Shown here: in pieces, positions 1 to 13,000 of the stretch
How positions within the stretch are numbered: position 1 is the stretch's first letter
How the letters are laid out: each line of letters starts with the position of its first letter
Source of the DNA: Perkinsus chesapeaki ATCC PRA-425
Lineage: Eukaryota; Protista; Perkinsozoa
Assembly: GCA_013115145.1 (NCBI GenBank)
Contig: JAAPAO010000274.1
Span: 1 to 44,146, forward strand
DNA length: 44,146 bases
Direction of reading: 5' to 3'
Made by a program: the position numbers and the translations under genes
Notes under the pieces: model-generated
Seen by the model: the letters and a program-made list of their open reading frames with translations, nothing else
Told to the model about the DNA's origin: nothing
Databases searched by the model: none

Positions 1-65
1 ATTATTAAGTTGAACTTGTTTAAGACTTGTTCACTTCGTTCCATTTGGCATTGAGTTGTCTATAG

Positions 66-1552
66 GAACATCACTAGCAGGTCGCCGTCTCCAACAGCGA
101 CGCGGAAGACCTCCGGTGGCTCTGGGTCTAAAAGAGGTTCTTTGGCGCGCACGCCTTCAAAACCGGGTCCCGAGAGAAGACAATCTCTTACTAGAAGCGG
201 GTCTAGTTCATCCTTGAAAGGCATATACGATCTTGGAGGATCGGCGAGTAGTGAAGAAGAGACCCTGGATGATGATGATGTGACCCGTGGTCATACAATG
301 GTCTTCAAGGATGCCGAGCTTAAGAAGTTCAAAGAAATGTGTGGTTCGATGTACGGTGACATCAAGAGCAAGCAAATGAGTGTTGAAATAAAGGACGACC
401 AGATACAGATGGTTTTTTTCGGCGCACATGTCAGGCTACTTAGAGGTAAGTGGTTTGCTTCTACAGGGTGTCTGTGCTTCTTCTCGATGCATCTCGTCTC
501 TTCGATGTTGCCCGTGGGTCTTGATCGGACAATCAAACCGTGTGGATAATCACGCCGCCCATTTGAAAGCTATACCTTTCAGAAATCTATTTCGCGTCGC
601 GAAATTTGCGAATAAGGATCACAATTTCGGCTCGTACTTTTAACTACACCAAAAAATCTTTCTGGTAATCTTTTTCGCGAAATTTTTCGAAAAAAATCTT
701 TAGAGTGCTAAAAGTTGTACAATGTGTAATACCTTCCAGAAACGAGGTTATTGGTTTATTGAAGCTACTCGGCATGGATAATGCGACATATAAACATATA
801 TAAGAACATGCAAAGACATATGATATGTCGCATATCAACATCAGAGCTGAGTTGCCGCCGCTCCAACGCAGCAGCGTAGAATGTGGTGCAGTTGTTGACG
901 AAGTTAAGGACCTTTTGAAGGAAGGTTTTCGAAGATTTTCCTGTGTAGTTAATAGTACGGGCCGAAATTGAATTCCTTATCCGTGGAATTGTGATCCTTA
1001 TTCCCCAAATTGAATTCCTTATCCGTGGAATTGTGATCCTTATTCCCGAAATTGAATTCCTTATCCGTGAAATTGTGATCCTTATTCCCGAAATTGATTT
1101 CCTTATTCGCGAAATTGGGTGGCATTATCCTTGAAATAGATTTCTGAAAGGTATAGTCTCGTTCTTCAGGTCGTGCCCCTCCTCTCCAGGGAAATTTCAT
1201 GTTCTTGAGGGCAGTGTTAGAAGCACAGCCTTTCAAACGTCCATCCGTGACGATTAGGCTGGACAACGGCGAGAGTTTCGAAGCTGGATTCGCGCCTCAC
1301 ACGAAAGATGACAGCAACAATAGACTGGACAACGCTGTAGCGCTCGATGTAGAAAAGAGCAAGGATTCACCTTTCAAAGAAGAATGGACCTCCTTCCTGA
1401 AGAGTTACAGGGATCTGATCGGCGACGACATGGCCATCTCCTTCGACACATTAGAATGGGACAGTCCCAATAAGCAGTGGCTCTATCTGGCATCTATACC
1501 ATTGACTCCGGCGATACCCACAGATGCCAGGAAACATCAAGACAAGCAGTAA
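66..1552 (+). CDS. Spliced gene of unknown function, 5'-partial; exons 66-445 and 1170-1552
   Basis: Open frame from acceptor TATAG|66 (Ser-rich, then DAELKKFKEMCGSMYG...HVRLLR) ends at phase-1 donor G|GTAAG (446). Acceptor TTCTTCAG|1170 is phase compatible and gives GRAPPLQGNFMFLRAVLE...KHQDKQ* (ORF 1199-1552). Confidence 0.6.
570..1156. mobile_element. Foldback/MITE-like non-autonomous element inside intron 446-1169
   Basis: 570-593 (ctatacctttcagaaatctatttc) is the exact reverse complement of 1133-1156. 622-649 matches the reverse complement of 943-970 with 2 mismatches. The right arm carries a tandem expansion. No coding capacity and no clear TSD. Confidence 0.6.
962..1117. repeat. Tandem repeat: 3 x 42 bp built from 21-bp subunits, plus partial units
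   Basis: Unit ccgaaattgaattccttatccgtggaattgtgatccttattc. (G/C)(A/G)AATTG recurs at 964, 985, 1006, 1027, 1048, 1069, 1090 and 1111, exactly 21 bp apart, head to tail with no spacers. Confidence 0.95.
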
Positions 1553-2093
1553 TTGGTATGAGTTACTCACCAAGGAACGAGGAGCTTGCTACCTTGCTTT
1601 TCGAACCCTCTTGAGCTCACACGAAAACTGCTTCATTGTGTGAGCTTGAATTCTCACCATCATCTTTCTTTAGACGATATTTATCAAACGCGCCATTTGA
1701 AGAAAAACCCAAAAAACTGATGATTTTTCTACATATATGAAAAAAACCATGTATTAAAAATATTAATCCAAAACCGTTGTGTGACTTGATATGTATAAGA
1801 ACCTATTATGTTATAAACGTTGTTCATGTCAGAGTGATACTTGCGCAATGCTTTTGTGTTGTTAATTGCCCATGGCCACTTGGCGAGTTCACACGAAGTT
1901 GTGAGGTACACATTCGCTCCTCTTAGTCACTTGGTCAAACTTCATATACAGATGGCAGCTTAGTATCCGTAGCTTACAACATATCGATCACTTTTCCCTC
2001 TTTTGTGACACAGCGGTGCTCCACTACGAGCTCGAATGGAGGTTAATTGTCCCACCGAACGGTATCTAAATTGTAGCTCATTCGTTCCATTCT

Positions 2094-2618
2094 ATGCCCT
2101 TAACGCACCCTGCGGCTCTACTCTGCATTATGCTAGTTTCTCTGATGACTTCGAAACTTGAGAATTTCGAGAAAGAGATCGACGGTATGACTCTGAGTGT
2201 TACTTTGGACCGGGATTTTTATCACCTGGCAAGGATCTCGATATCCTGCCCTCAACGCGGGCCTGCCAGAAAGCCTTTTAAAGATGACTTCACAGTAGAG
2301 CTCACATACGATGATGACACTGACGTGTTGCTTGAAGGCTACATCGGCACTAGGTACGCCATGACCGAATACAAGAATATATTACAAAGCGGCGGTATTT
2401 CGATATTCTGGAATAAATATGTGTCATTGCTGGAAGCCATACAGGCTTGCGGATTGCCTGCGCAGATGGGTGACCTGAATATGTTTGTAGATCTCGATGC
2501 TGTGGAAAATGAGGAGTTAGACTGTCCAAAGCAAGAGAAAGCCTTAGCGACTCGGGTTGCTGGCAAGAAGGTCTGCTTGCCTACCAGAAGTGCATGGCGC
2601 CTGCTGAGAAAACAGTAG
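2094..2618 (+). CDS. Hypothetical secreted protein, 174 aa, single exon
   Basis: ATG-initiated stop-free ORF with a hydrophobic N-terminus (AALLCIMLVSLM) and globular composition. No family recognised. Confidence 0.7.
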   Translation: MPLTHPAALLCIMLVSLMTSKLENFEKEIDGMTLSVTLDRDFYHLARISISCPQRGPARKPFKDDFTVELTYDDDTDVLLEGYIGTRYAMTEYKNILQSGGISIFWNKYVSLLEAIQACGLPAQMGDLNMFVDLDAVENEELDCPKQEKALATRVAGKKVCLPTRSAWRLLRKQ

Positions 2619-3018
2619 AATGGTTCCGGCCGTAAATGAAGAAGGGGCAGCTATTGTGTATCATGCGCTGCAATGTTGTTACGTGTAGATAATACGTAAA
2701 TAACTATTCATCCTGGATAGTGTTGTGCTTTTGCTGGTTGTGGTTCGGCCTTGTTGAGTTCGCAATGTGGAGGCATGTCACATTTACTCACGTTTACAAG
2801 CGCAAAGTAAATCCCCCTATTTTTGTTTCGCTCTAAAGACAATGACGTCCTCGGGGAACGCCACTGGGGCGAGCCGTTGGCAAGAGTTCGATGATATAAT
2901 GAACTCTATTAGCCGCGCCGGTCGGGACGTCTCGAGGGAAACCCCAAAATCTTTGGTAAAAATGAAACCCCCCATTTTCAGTAGTGGACCACTTCGAGTG
3001 GTGATGCTCGCTCGACAG

Positions 3019-3685
3019 AACACTCAAGGCCGAGTTTGGTCTACGCTGAGGAAGCTCGTACTTTTCAGACGTTAACTAGGGCGTTTGACGAGCTACAAGC
3101 GCGACGATGTCCCCCAGTTACACTGGAGGATAACTACACAGTGAAACGTGCGTTTGTTGGGGCAGTAAGGCAGAATGGTGCAGGTAAGCCTATTCTTTAT
3201 TGCCGCTGAATATCGGTATTCTGTGCTGTCTCCTTAGAGTTCCAGTCCCCTCAGTATCTGCCCGGGAAGGTCCTCGACATTTGGACCGCACAGCGCTGCA
3301 TTATGCCTCTGAGGAGCTACGACAAGCACGTCAAAGGCCCCGATGGGAAAACGTGAGACTCCACGGTTGGCCTTCTCCCAATATGTGTCGGCCTCGGTCA
3401 CCGAGGCTCGGTCGTCATATAGTGCCCTGCCTGGCCGGCTGGCTAACCCAGCCGGGTAACAGTCGGTTGTTGACTACTGCCCGGAAGACAACGAAATAAT
3501 TGTGTATGGTTGTTTCTAGATCATGAGCTTTCTTCAGACACTGCGGATACCAATTCGACTCTCATCCGCGAGAGTTCGGACCCTCTGACCCTCGCAAAGA
3601 AGCATCTGCCCAATTCAATGAGTATCTTGATAAGCATCTTGATAAGACCCTCCGGTCGATGTACCCGAGATACTTTGAGCAGATT
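3019..3685 (+). CDS. Probable internal exons of a spliced gene of unknown function
   Basis: Open segments bounded by AG/GT sites: EHSRPSLVYAEEARTFQTLTRAFDELQARR...QNGA|GTAAGC, then FQSPQYLPGKVLDIWTAQRCIMPLRSYDKHVKGPDGK|GTGAGA, then LGRHIVPCLAGW..., and a later ...LDKTLRSMYPRYFEQI|GTAAGT. Start and stop not located. Confidence 0.4.
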
Positions 3686-6255
3686 GTAAGTCTGACATAC
3701 GGCCGAGGGGTTCTTAAATACTGCTGCGGCCTACTCCTCAGAAACGTAGGCGAGAGAGAGCCGATGCTAAAGCGAGAAGAATTGCAATACTGAGGCGTCA
3801 CCTAGAGGAGGATGAGTCTTCTGTTTCTCCAGACCGGACCGAGCATGTGAGTAGTCCCACGTGGAGCTCCTCCGTGGAACTTCTTCATTCTCTTGAACGA
3901 TGGAGTTCTGGTTTTAATTTCGTTTATTGGATACTCTACTGAGCTTCTAACTTTCAGATGGCGAGCTGCTTTGCACGGCCGAATCCGGACAAACCGAAGC
4001 TCAGCACTCGCGTGCAGCATACCCATCCCTTCGCGTGAGTTTACGGGGCCCTCAGCGCCATCTCAAATGCGTGCTATGCGCGGCTGCGATAGATTGCGAT
4101 GTTGAACAGCTCGAATATCAAGTGTCTGACAACAATCTTTTACTCCACGGTGGTTCGTGTGATGGACCATAGCGGAGAATTACGCTTGGTCATTGATTGG
4201 GTTCACTCCTCACGAACCCCGTCAGTCACGCGAAGAGTGACTTGTCATCTACTGCGATGCTGCTGTTATGTGTTTTTCCATTCGCCTGTTTAATAGCAAG
4301 CAATGTGTGCTAGATTGATCAATATGCGGAGGATTATACCGCTCTTGTACGACCTTCAATATCGACATAATTGACAAGACATTATTGGCCACACTGTGCT
4401 GTGGCAAATGATATGTGGCTGGTCCGAGACAATTCAACAGTTCCATTTGCACTCCCTCTACCAACCAGGCAGGGGCGCGTCTATTTTTAGGTACGTCAAC
4501 AGCATTTCTCGAGATATCTCTTTGACTTACCCATGGAAGCGTATCGATGAGGAGACCAAGTAAGTTTTCTTTCAAACTTGATATCACAACGCCTTTTGCC
4601 TCAGGCTGAGGGTACGTTTGAAAGATTCCAGTCGAAGTTGGTAGGGGTGCCCCTGCCGTTCAGCGACTCATTTTTTCTTTCGTTCGAAATCGGGCGGGAT
4701 TTGACGCACCGATCTACAGTAGATCATCTACTGCGAGGCGTCCTCGCTCGGCGCTACCATTATAATGACGCGATCATCACAACTAGCTTGCGCAGTGAGC
4801 TGTTGTCGCGAACTCCGTTACTTTCTCGAGGCACGCCAAGACGGAAATTTTGCAAGTACTTTCGGACTCACCCATTTACCATGTACATTCGTCTACACCA
4901 CTTCATCGCCGCTGCCTTTGTGTTCTTGTTCGACAAGACGGAAGCCGCTGCCGCTGATGAGGTAACCAAACGGATGAAGTCCTCTGAAGAAGATTTCTTG
5001 GCATTGCCCCTTCTATTCAACATAGCTACTCTATGGACGGGCAGACCGTCTATAACAGTGTTAGATTTAACCAGTTGTAGGAGATGTTAACTCGAGTCGG
5101 AAAAAATAGATAATGATAATAATATCAACAGAATCTTGCTTGATCACAACTCAGCATTCACTCAAGTATATATACGCGACGGTTACAGTATGGCGGGCGA
5201 GATAAACATTAAGGATACTGTCACGCACTATAAAGAATCTGCGTATGGTTATAACTGAGCAATACTAAGGATCTAATAGTTGTTAATTAGTCGAATACAG
5301 AGATAGATCTTCAGGATCTAACACGGGAAGATCGGAATGCTCCACTCGTCTTCATCACTCGGGCAAGCTTCTCTCCCGACGTGCTTTGCTGAATTAGTGA
5401 CCGTCTGCTGTTTTATGAAGAAGCATGGAGTTTGAAATCGGATTAAGTGTGAACGCACGCGTACGCTGTGGAACATGTCATTGAGCAGACTAATCGTAAC
5501 TCATTGCTCGTTTTCTCCTTCGAACGCTGCGGAATGACATAAAGTATCATATGACCTGATTCCCATCGATCAGGCGAAACCGGCAGCAAGAGGGAAGGTG
5601 AGACGCAGGGGATCGCTAAGCAGACGCGACAGAAGAATGGTAAGGCATTCACCGTGCTCTACGTGACTGACTATCATTTAGCGCACTCTTACCTTCATGG
5701 GTGAACTGCCAAAAAAGTAATACATATCGAAGCACTTTGAGCGCTCTAAGGACGCTAGTAACATCAAATGTTACCATCTTTAGGGCCGAGACTGCCGGAC
5801 AAACAGGTGACAGAGAGGTAGATGGTGGAGGTCTTGCGGATCCAGTAATGTTATGTCCTACATTAGTTATCCCCGGTCCATGAAGACAAGGGCACGACGG
5901 GCTCTGAGGTAGTCGACAGCGAATCCTACATCTCCCTCAATGTTTGAACTCGAACGGACGAATGAGATTGTTTGCCATTTCTGGAATAGCCCTCGCAATG
6001 GCACTGTGCACGTAGTGTCAACAGTTTGCCCACAAGTTCACTGTGGATTGTGGAATCCATATCCCATTGATAAGCCAACGGTATATTTCAATCAGCATAC
6101 CAACGGTATCGGTAAAAATTTAGTGTAGGGGATGCCTCTTTTTGGAATGAACAATTCTTAATGCAAATTCATTGGAAATTATCGATTCAAATGAAATTGA
6201 ATATAATCTAAAATATCTTCGATGTCACGGATTGCTACATGAGAACCACTTTCAG

Positions 6256-6545
6256 GAGGCCAGTAGTCCACCCGATCACAAAGCGGAGGACGGCCAAGGA
6301 AAGACCCTCGAAGATCGTTCGCAACAGTTAGCCTTCGTGAGTTGGATAGATAACCGTAGAGTGTGAAGATGAATTCTATTCCTTCAGGAACGGTCGCGTC
6401 TGAGGAGAAGTGGAAGGAGAAGCATGAGTAAGTAGGCGCTATGTGGTGGTCCGAGGAGGCAGTCGCGTCTTATGGTGCAAGCATTATTTCACTGTAGGAG
6501 GGCAGGCCCACACTCCACGCCAGCTGCATGAGAAAATAGAAGAGG
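6256..6545 (+). CDS. Possible short exons of an unresolved gene
   Basis: Three short open segments flanked by CAG/TAG acceptors and GTGAGT/GTAAGT donors (EASSPPDHKAEDGQ..., TVASEEKWKEKHE, GQAHTPRQLHEKIEE). Phases are not fully reconciled. Confidence 0.3.
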
Positions 6546-7012
6546 GTGAGTGATGTTAATATAGTGTATATCAATCTCATGATGGTGTTATGTAAACCTG
6601 ATGATGTAATGCAGCAACGCATGTGAGTTGTGTTAAGAGTTTGAACGGAGGGATGACATCTCCGCTTGGCCATAAATTGGAATGGCTTCCTCACTCCATT
6701 TCATGAACTCCTAATTGTCGTGTCTCTGCGACATAACGGTAAGAGGTGTTGAAGCTGATAAACTCGCGCATACATTTCCGGCATGCTGTCAGTAGTTTCC
6801 GCGTTAAACTCGATACTGGACGCCAAAAACACGGGGGATCATTAAGCCTTCCGAGAGAGAACGTATTTGCTGTTTGTATTTACTCTTGGAGTATATCTCT
6901 TGTAGGGTCGTACTCACGCATTAGGAACACACTTTTGCCAAAAGCTTGACGGCTCCAACTCGAGCTGAGACACAGCAGAAACTTGACAAGTAAACAGCGG
7001 TAACATGGTGAC

Positions 7013-10000
7013 TCATGCGACTGCATAGAGCGAAATGGCGAGGAGAAGTACTGGCCGGAGAGGTGTGGCTTGAAATCCGCAAGCACGAGGAATGAGAATA
7101 CTGCAATCATCTCCGAAGTAGGAACTGAAATGCAATGATCTAACAAATGACTAATGCGTCGGCTCACTCGTGACACTGGCATTTCCCGTCAATGCAATCA
7201 CCATGAGTGCTGCAGTTGCTTAAGCACATTTGACGCTCGCAAAAGTGCCCGGCGTATCTGGGAGAGATGTGTTTGCGTTTGGTAAAAGCAGTTTCCTAGC
7301 ACACAGTACGAGTCACCGGAAGGATTCAAGTCTATGAAGTTTGAGGAGTGAACCCAGCCTGGTTTCATGTTCCTCCGTCTGTGCGCACGCGTCAACTCAG
7401 CGATTTTGCACAAGTTCCACTGGTTCCATGGCTCTCCTTCCAAGAGGCCCGTAAATAAAGTAAATATTATAATTTATCAACAGCTTCGAGTCAATTGCAG
7501 TCAAGCATCCGACTGACCTATCGAGACAGTGGCACTGATGATGAGGAAAGTCATGAATGCAAATGCCTCTAGACAGCTCCGGTGTTGAAGAACCTGAAGA
7601 AGAGCAGCGACTCCAGGCCAGAAAAGACGAGCTTAAGAAGATCAGATAGCCCTCCTCCGGCGAGTTCGAGAATTTACGTACCGGTTCGAAAACGTGAAAA
7701 AACTACTTCCTTTATGCTAGCAGATGAGAAGATGTATCAAAATGATTGTCCTTTTTACAAGTTTATCTCTTTGCTAACAATCGACGATACACGCCAATCC
7801 GCCAACAGGTTTAGTCTTTCCTGACCGATCATTGGGCTCCGAGACATCGAATTTCCTAATTTCCTACTAAGTACACACGGGGCGATCAAATGAATACCTA
7901 GCTCATGTTACTTTGACAGAGAGATTCCGAAGTAACATATTTTGGAGGACTGTTGCTGCTAGGAAAGCCGTAACGATAGATTGTCTCACAGTTATTCTTG
8001 CAGCCAGCAGACGAGCAGTCGCGGTCAGACCAACCGTCATCACAGGCACACTCGCCACTCTCCAGGCATGTCCCTCTTTGGCTGCAAAACGAGCCTACAA
8101 AGAATTGGAGACATATTTGTGTGTAACAGGCCAATCTTTGAAAAGGGGAGGCAGTGCATTCGATCTGTTTTGTATTGTTAGTCAAACTTTCTATTATATC
8201 TCCTCCTCCGTATGACTAGTAACATATTTCCTATCAAACTTCTCTCTACTATATCTCCTCCTCCATATCACTACGTAGAGTCCTCGAATCTCAAGCATCA
8301 CAGCCAATAAAGAGTAATCGGCAATGCCTACAATGTTGCGTCAAGGTCCGTTCTTCCGCGACACAAAAGCTTCCCGGACAAAGCGGCTTGCTGCAGTCAT
8401 CACCGTACCATCCGCTTTTGCAAATACAACGCGACAGCTCCTAAACACACTCGAAGATGCGCACCGTCCGATCTACGGATGTTGGAAAGAAAAATCTACA
8501 AAATTTTCTTTGATTTCTCGAGCCCCCGGGAAAAGTTTTCAATACTGTCACGAACTACTTTATGAAGTTCGTAGTGTCCAAACCGACAGTCTGACGAACC
8601 GACGGCTTTGAAACGACTTATTAGAGACGGCTGACTAAATTTGTGCGACCAAATGGAAGAGGGACAGAGTGAACCATCGGCCTTATTCGAAATAGGATTT
8701 CATGGAGATTCAGAACGTACCTAAAGTTCTGTTTTTTAAGTTAGAAAATTAAGAAAATGAAAATTGAATCCGCGGATTAATAACTTCTTTAAATTCTAAT
8801 ATCACCCCCGTGATACGAATGTGGTAACATGTATCCTCGGAGCTTCACCAGGGCTCAGGAGGTTGAGACAACTAACTGAACCTGCTGCCACAGCCATACC
8901 GCTATACTGGCTATGGTCCAAGGGGCAGGCAGCTGCAAAAGAAGTAGAAGATTTAAATGGAATGCTCCACCTTAGCAGGATCTCTGATTCAAGCGCATGT
9001 CTTTCATCCTTAATGAAGGCTAACGGTTTTGAAATTATGAGCTGACTTCGCCAATGACTCTCCGTTATCAACAGTAAGTAATCTGCCCTTTCAAAATGTA
9101 TTCCAGGTCCGATAATTGTTCCCATTTCAACATTACTACGGGAAATATTTTCCAAAAAAAGTTCCAAATTCGATAATTTTCGTCCTAGGCTACGACGAAG
9201 ACTGTTCTGATGACGTACACAAGTTCCGTGGGAAGTAGAAGTGCAGTTGTTCGGACAGCGATGGGGATGAAAAATCCAAATGCCCTCAGAAATCCGCGGG
9301 TCGAACTCCGGAGAAAAGGCGTTCTTCTGGCACAGAGCCTTGCAGCGGGTAGATAGTTCTGGTGCTGTCCTGATGGACGCTCGCTCGGCAAGCACCTGAG
9401 CGGAGGGGTGTCGTGTAGCTGGCGACTTCGACATGGATTTGGGATGAGAGATCGTTCGGAATGTGTGAAAGCCGTACAACGGTGATCTCGGAAGTAATAC
9501 TGCGAAGAACTACACACGTTTAACACGCCAAACCAAGTGTATTCAACTATTAGTTGACTATGAGATATATAACATACAAATAATGTTAATCAAATATCTA
9601 TTAGAGCATTTCTAATGCACATTCGAAAAAATATCACTTCTCAGCCGAACTTAAAACGAAACGTTGAGTGTTAAGACATATGTGAAGTTGGAAGACAATA
9701 TCAAATATAAACCAAATCCCCTATAATTTGTGCAACAAAATACATAGCAACCATATCACACTATTATGGTGATCGCTCAAGGGCTCAGAGCTCACCTCGC
9801 AACAAAGCGGTCCGACTATATTGGAGCCGGCTCCACTGCTAGCGGCATTACACTGACTTTCGATGCTCTCGAATGCCTTGTCCAGGTCACAGTGGCTGCC
9901 GTCCTCAGTGCAGAACTCACTGTGCATGTCCTACGAAGTCGGGGATAACACACAGGATAGCACTGGTAACTATATCGATATAAGCCGTTCCTTAATCGTC

Positions 10001-13000
10001 TAGAATCAGCGACTGGATCATTTAAGGACAAAGGAATACCGATCTGTGGCGACAATCAATTCGATATAATTATTCGCGGAATCAAATGGCAGAGCCTCTT
10101 GATACTGCATGATTGAAAGCGAGCAACTAAGTTGGAGCATACTCGAAAAAATATTCACAGTGCGGAGGCGCCTCGCCGGTTGTTCGCGGCCGACAGAGCT
10201 GACTAAGTGAATAATCGATAATCATCACACTTTGCTCCGCTAACAGTATTGGCGGCAGAGAGTCACGAGCTCATGCGTGACTTACTTTTGCTTGCTTGAA
10301 GCATCGTCTGTCTAGATCTCTGAGAACATCTGTCTCTTCAATACGTGTGGTCGACCAAGTCAATCCACCGAAGAGTATTATCATCTCTTCGGTGCTGCTG
10401 CTGCTGTTTCCCGTGTAGCTCAAACTGATAAAATAATTATTATGACGTTTCCGTGAGTATCATATTAATTAGGTCTTCAGTTCTGTAGAGACCCTGAATG
10501 CTTACGAATGGTAGGTAACAGGTGGAGGTTTTGCTCCGCGAATGGTTCCATCGATTCGGCTCCACTGCCGCGCCTTCGTTGGCGATCGCTGCACATCTAG
10601 GATCTAAATCGAGCTACCTTGACTGTAGAATATTGTGGAAAATTCTCGGTGATTTTTACATTAAATAAACCGTGATTGAACTTCCAATCTTCGGCTTATG
10701 TATATGGTAGGCAGAATATGGGAAAAAGCCATAAAATTTCACCGTTCAATTTCAATGGGGAAATTTTACGGCTAGAATCCCAAGCTCAATGACAGCATAT
10801 CTTCGTTACTGACCCACATATCTCCAAAGAGCTCGTCATGATGATGTCCGCCTGCCAGAAGCACCTGGGCATCCCCGGTGTAATCTCGCAGTGTGATCGC
10901 TGATGCACCGCGGCGGACCTGAGATAATTCTGGGGCGCGCGAATGTGATATTTGACTGTACACGAGGTCGGGGAGAATTCTCCTTGGTGAAAATTTGTTT
11001 CCATAAAATTCCGAAAGTGCTGTAATACCATACGTCATCCAAATAGTATCTGAGGTTGAAGCGCGGATTATTAGCTGGGCCCGCTAATCTAGGAAAATTT
11101 AGCAGTGATATTAAGTTATTCAGAGTATAATCTAACTCATCATTATAAGGACTATGTTAACCTAGGACCACCCTGCAATGAGTTTGCATTTCCAACCTAA
11201 ATCTTCCGGTGCCCCCTGATCTAGGAGCGTGAATTTCTCTTGGACCGGCTCTCCACGGTGGTAGCCACCATAGAGGTTAAGTGATTGCCGGGATAATAGG
11301 CGTTATACGATACAGGGTCAACAGGCATTTTCGTGATCGATTTAGTCGACCACACTTCCTACGGCTGTTTGACTTGAATGTGATGTTGTGCATGACTCAG
11401 TAAACCATATGAAGATGTCAGATGTGTCTCGTAATTTTCCGACTTTGGAAGTCGGAAAATTACACCAGAAAATGTTTTAAAATTTTATCTCTGACCTTGA
11501 TCCGCAGATACTTAAAGTGTAGTGTACGCGGCATCTGGAAATGCGCGACCTGGACGGGCCAAAATATCGATGAGAACAAACGCAATTTGTGTTAGAAAAG
11601 ATAGAAAAGAAAGTCTGTCGAGATTTGCGTAACGCAAACACTTTCTTTTCTATCGGATTCTCCGTACTCGATTACTAAAATGGCCTAGTGTTTTCATGGG
11701 TAATCGTCGATTACCCATCGACCGCCATTTTTCGTGCTGAGTGGCGTAGATGTCGCGTACTGATCCTAGGGACTAACATCATTCGCTCTTAACGCCTAGA
11801 GGAGCAGACGCTATAGAGCGTAGGAGTTGAAACTTTGCACAGTCTTCGATTTGCTTTTTGGCAGGATTGTGGATCTGTTCATCTGTGGAAGCCACCATGT
11901 GTGTGTGGCTGGCGTGCCTTGCCCACGGAATGTTACGATTTCCCAGATCACGGATTGTCTATAGTCCAGAGGCAGGTGCTGTCGAGTTCGCCACAGTTGG
12001 GTGGGATGGAGTGTGCCGAGTTATTGAGCACAAGATAACGCTTGGGACACGCGCTAGCCTCGCAGTCTGTAGTTCTCGATAATTTCATTCATTTCTGGCC
12101 TGCTTACGGATATGTTGGATAGGGGTTCAAAGAGGCATTCTCATTCGGGTACGGTGACTCGTATGTTCGAAAACCACCAACCACCTGAAGGGCGGCACGA
12201 ATGAGCGAGTAAAAGGGAAAAGCGCCGTACGACTAAATCGGTGAAGACCATGCCGACTTGGTCGCTCTCCGTGGGAACGTTCTGCACTGTGCACATCGCG
12301 AAGTCGCCTGTCGCACCATTAGGATAAGAGAGCCTTGCCAAGGTCTTACCTCTCTCTACTGGCTGTTGTGACAGCAGATTGCCGTCTGTAGAGCCGCCTG
12401 AGATTTCATACCGACTTTTCCTCTAGGATGCTTATAATAAGGGGGAATACACTCGTCGAAATCGCTCCCGATCAGAATCCGAATATCATTTTCCACCAGA
12501 ATCAACCTGGTCGCTTATACGTGACGCCGAGGTACTTTTCCCGCCCGGAAAAGTTTTTTTCGCGAAAACTTCGGCAGTTTTTCCACATACCACAGACCCT
12601 TAAAGAGCGCTGGGATGCAACGATTCTACAAGAACATCTCAGCGAGTGACTGGCAGGCAGATCTTTGTGCGGCATCAGTGTCATTGGTCAGAACTCACTG
12701 GAGTCAGCAGCGCCTTCTCGTGTTGCCTGCGGACCGTAGGTATCCATTTCTGGTTTGTCTTCATTGAACTTTGAGAAATCCGCAATCTGACAAAATAATG
12801 AAGATGTATCCGGGAGAGAGCGCGCTTCGGCGCACGCGCAAGATTCCCCGATTCCACTTTATTCGGACATCTCGGTAAAACAGTGCTAATCCTACGGTAT
12901 CATTTTCATGAAAGAAATTGTGAAATTCATCACAGCTCGAAATGGTAAAGTCGTTCCAAGAAGGCTCCCTACAAACGGGGAGAGCTACCTTCACTAACAA

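Noticed and set aside
962-1117. CRISPR array (also considered for 22194-22270 and 25273-25556)
   Set aside because: Units are head to tail with no unique spacers, no cas genes are present and the context is eukaryotic. ORF 949-1266 (NKDHN..DKEFN repeats) is just the translated repeat.
4249-5090. Transposase or gene fragments (ORFs 4249-4587 minus, 4578-5090 plus)
   Set aside because: No recognisable motif and no consistent exon chain.
8802-9479. 225-aa ORF as a standalone gene
   Set aside because: Only the central part (VLAERAS..HGTC) is an exon; the rest is intron read-through.
11858-12082. WD40-like peptides on the + strand (GSVHLWK, FATVGWDGVCRV)
   Set aside because: The two motifs are in different frames, and the minus strand here carries a phase-compatible exon of the Kelch gene (PACPKRYLVLNN..LWTIDNP).
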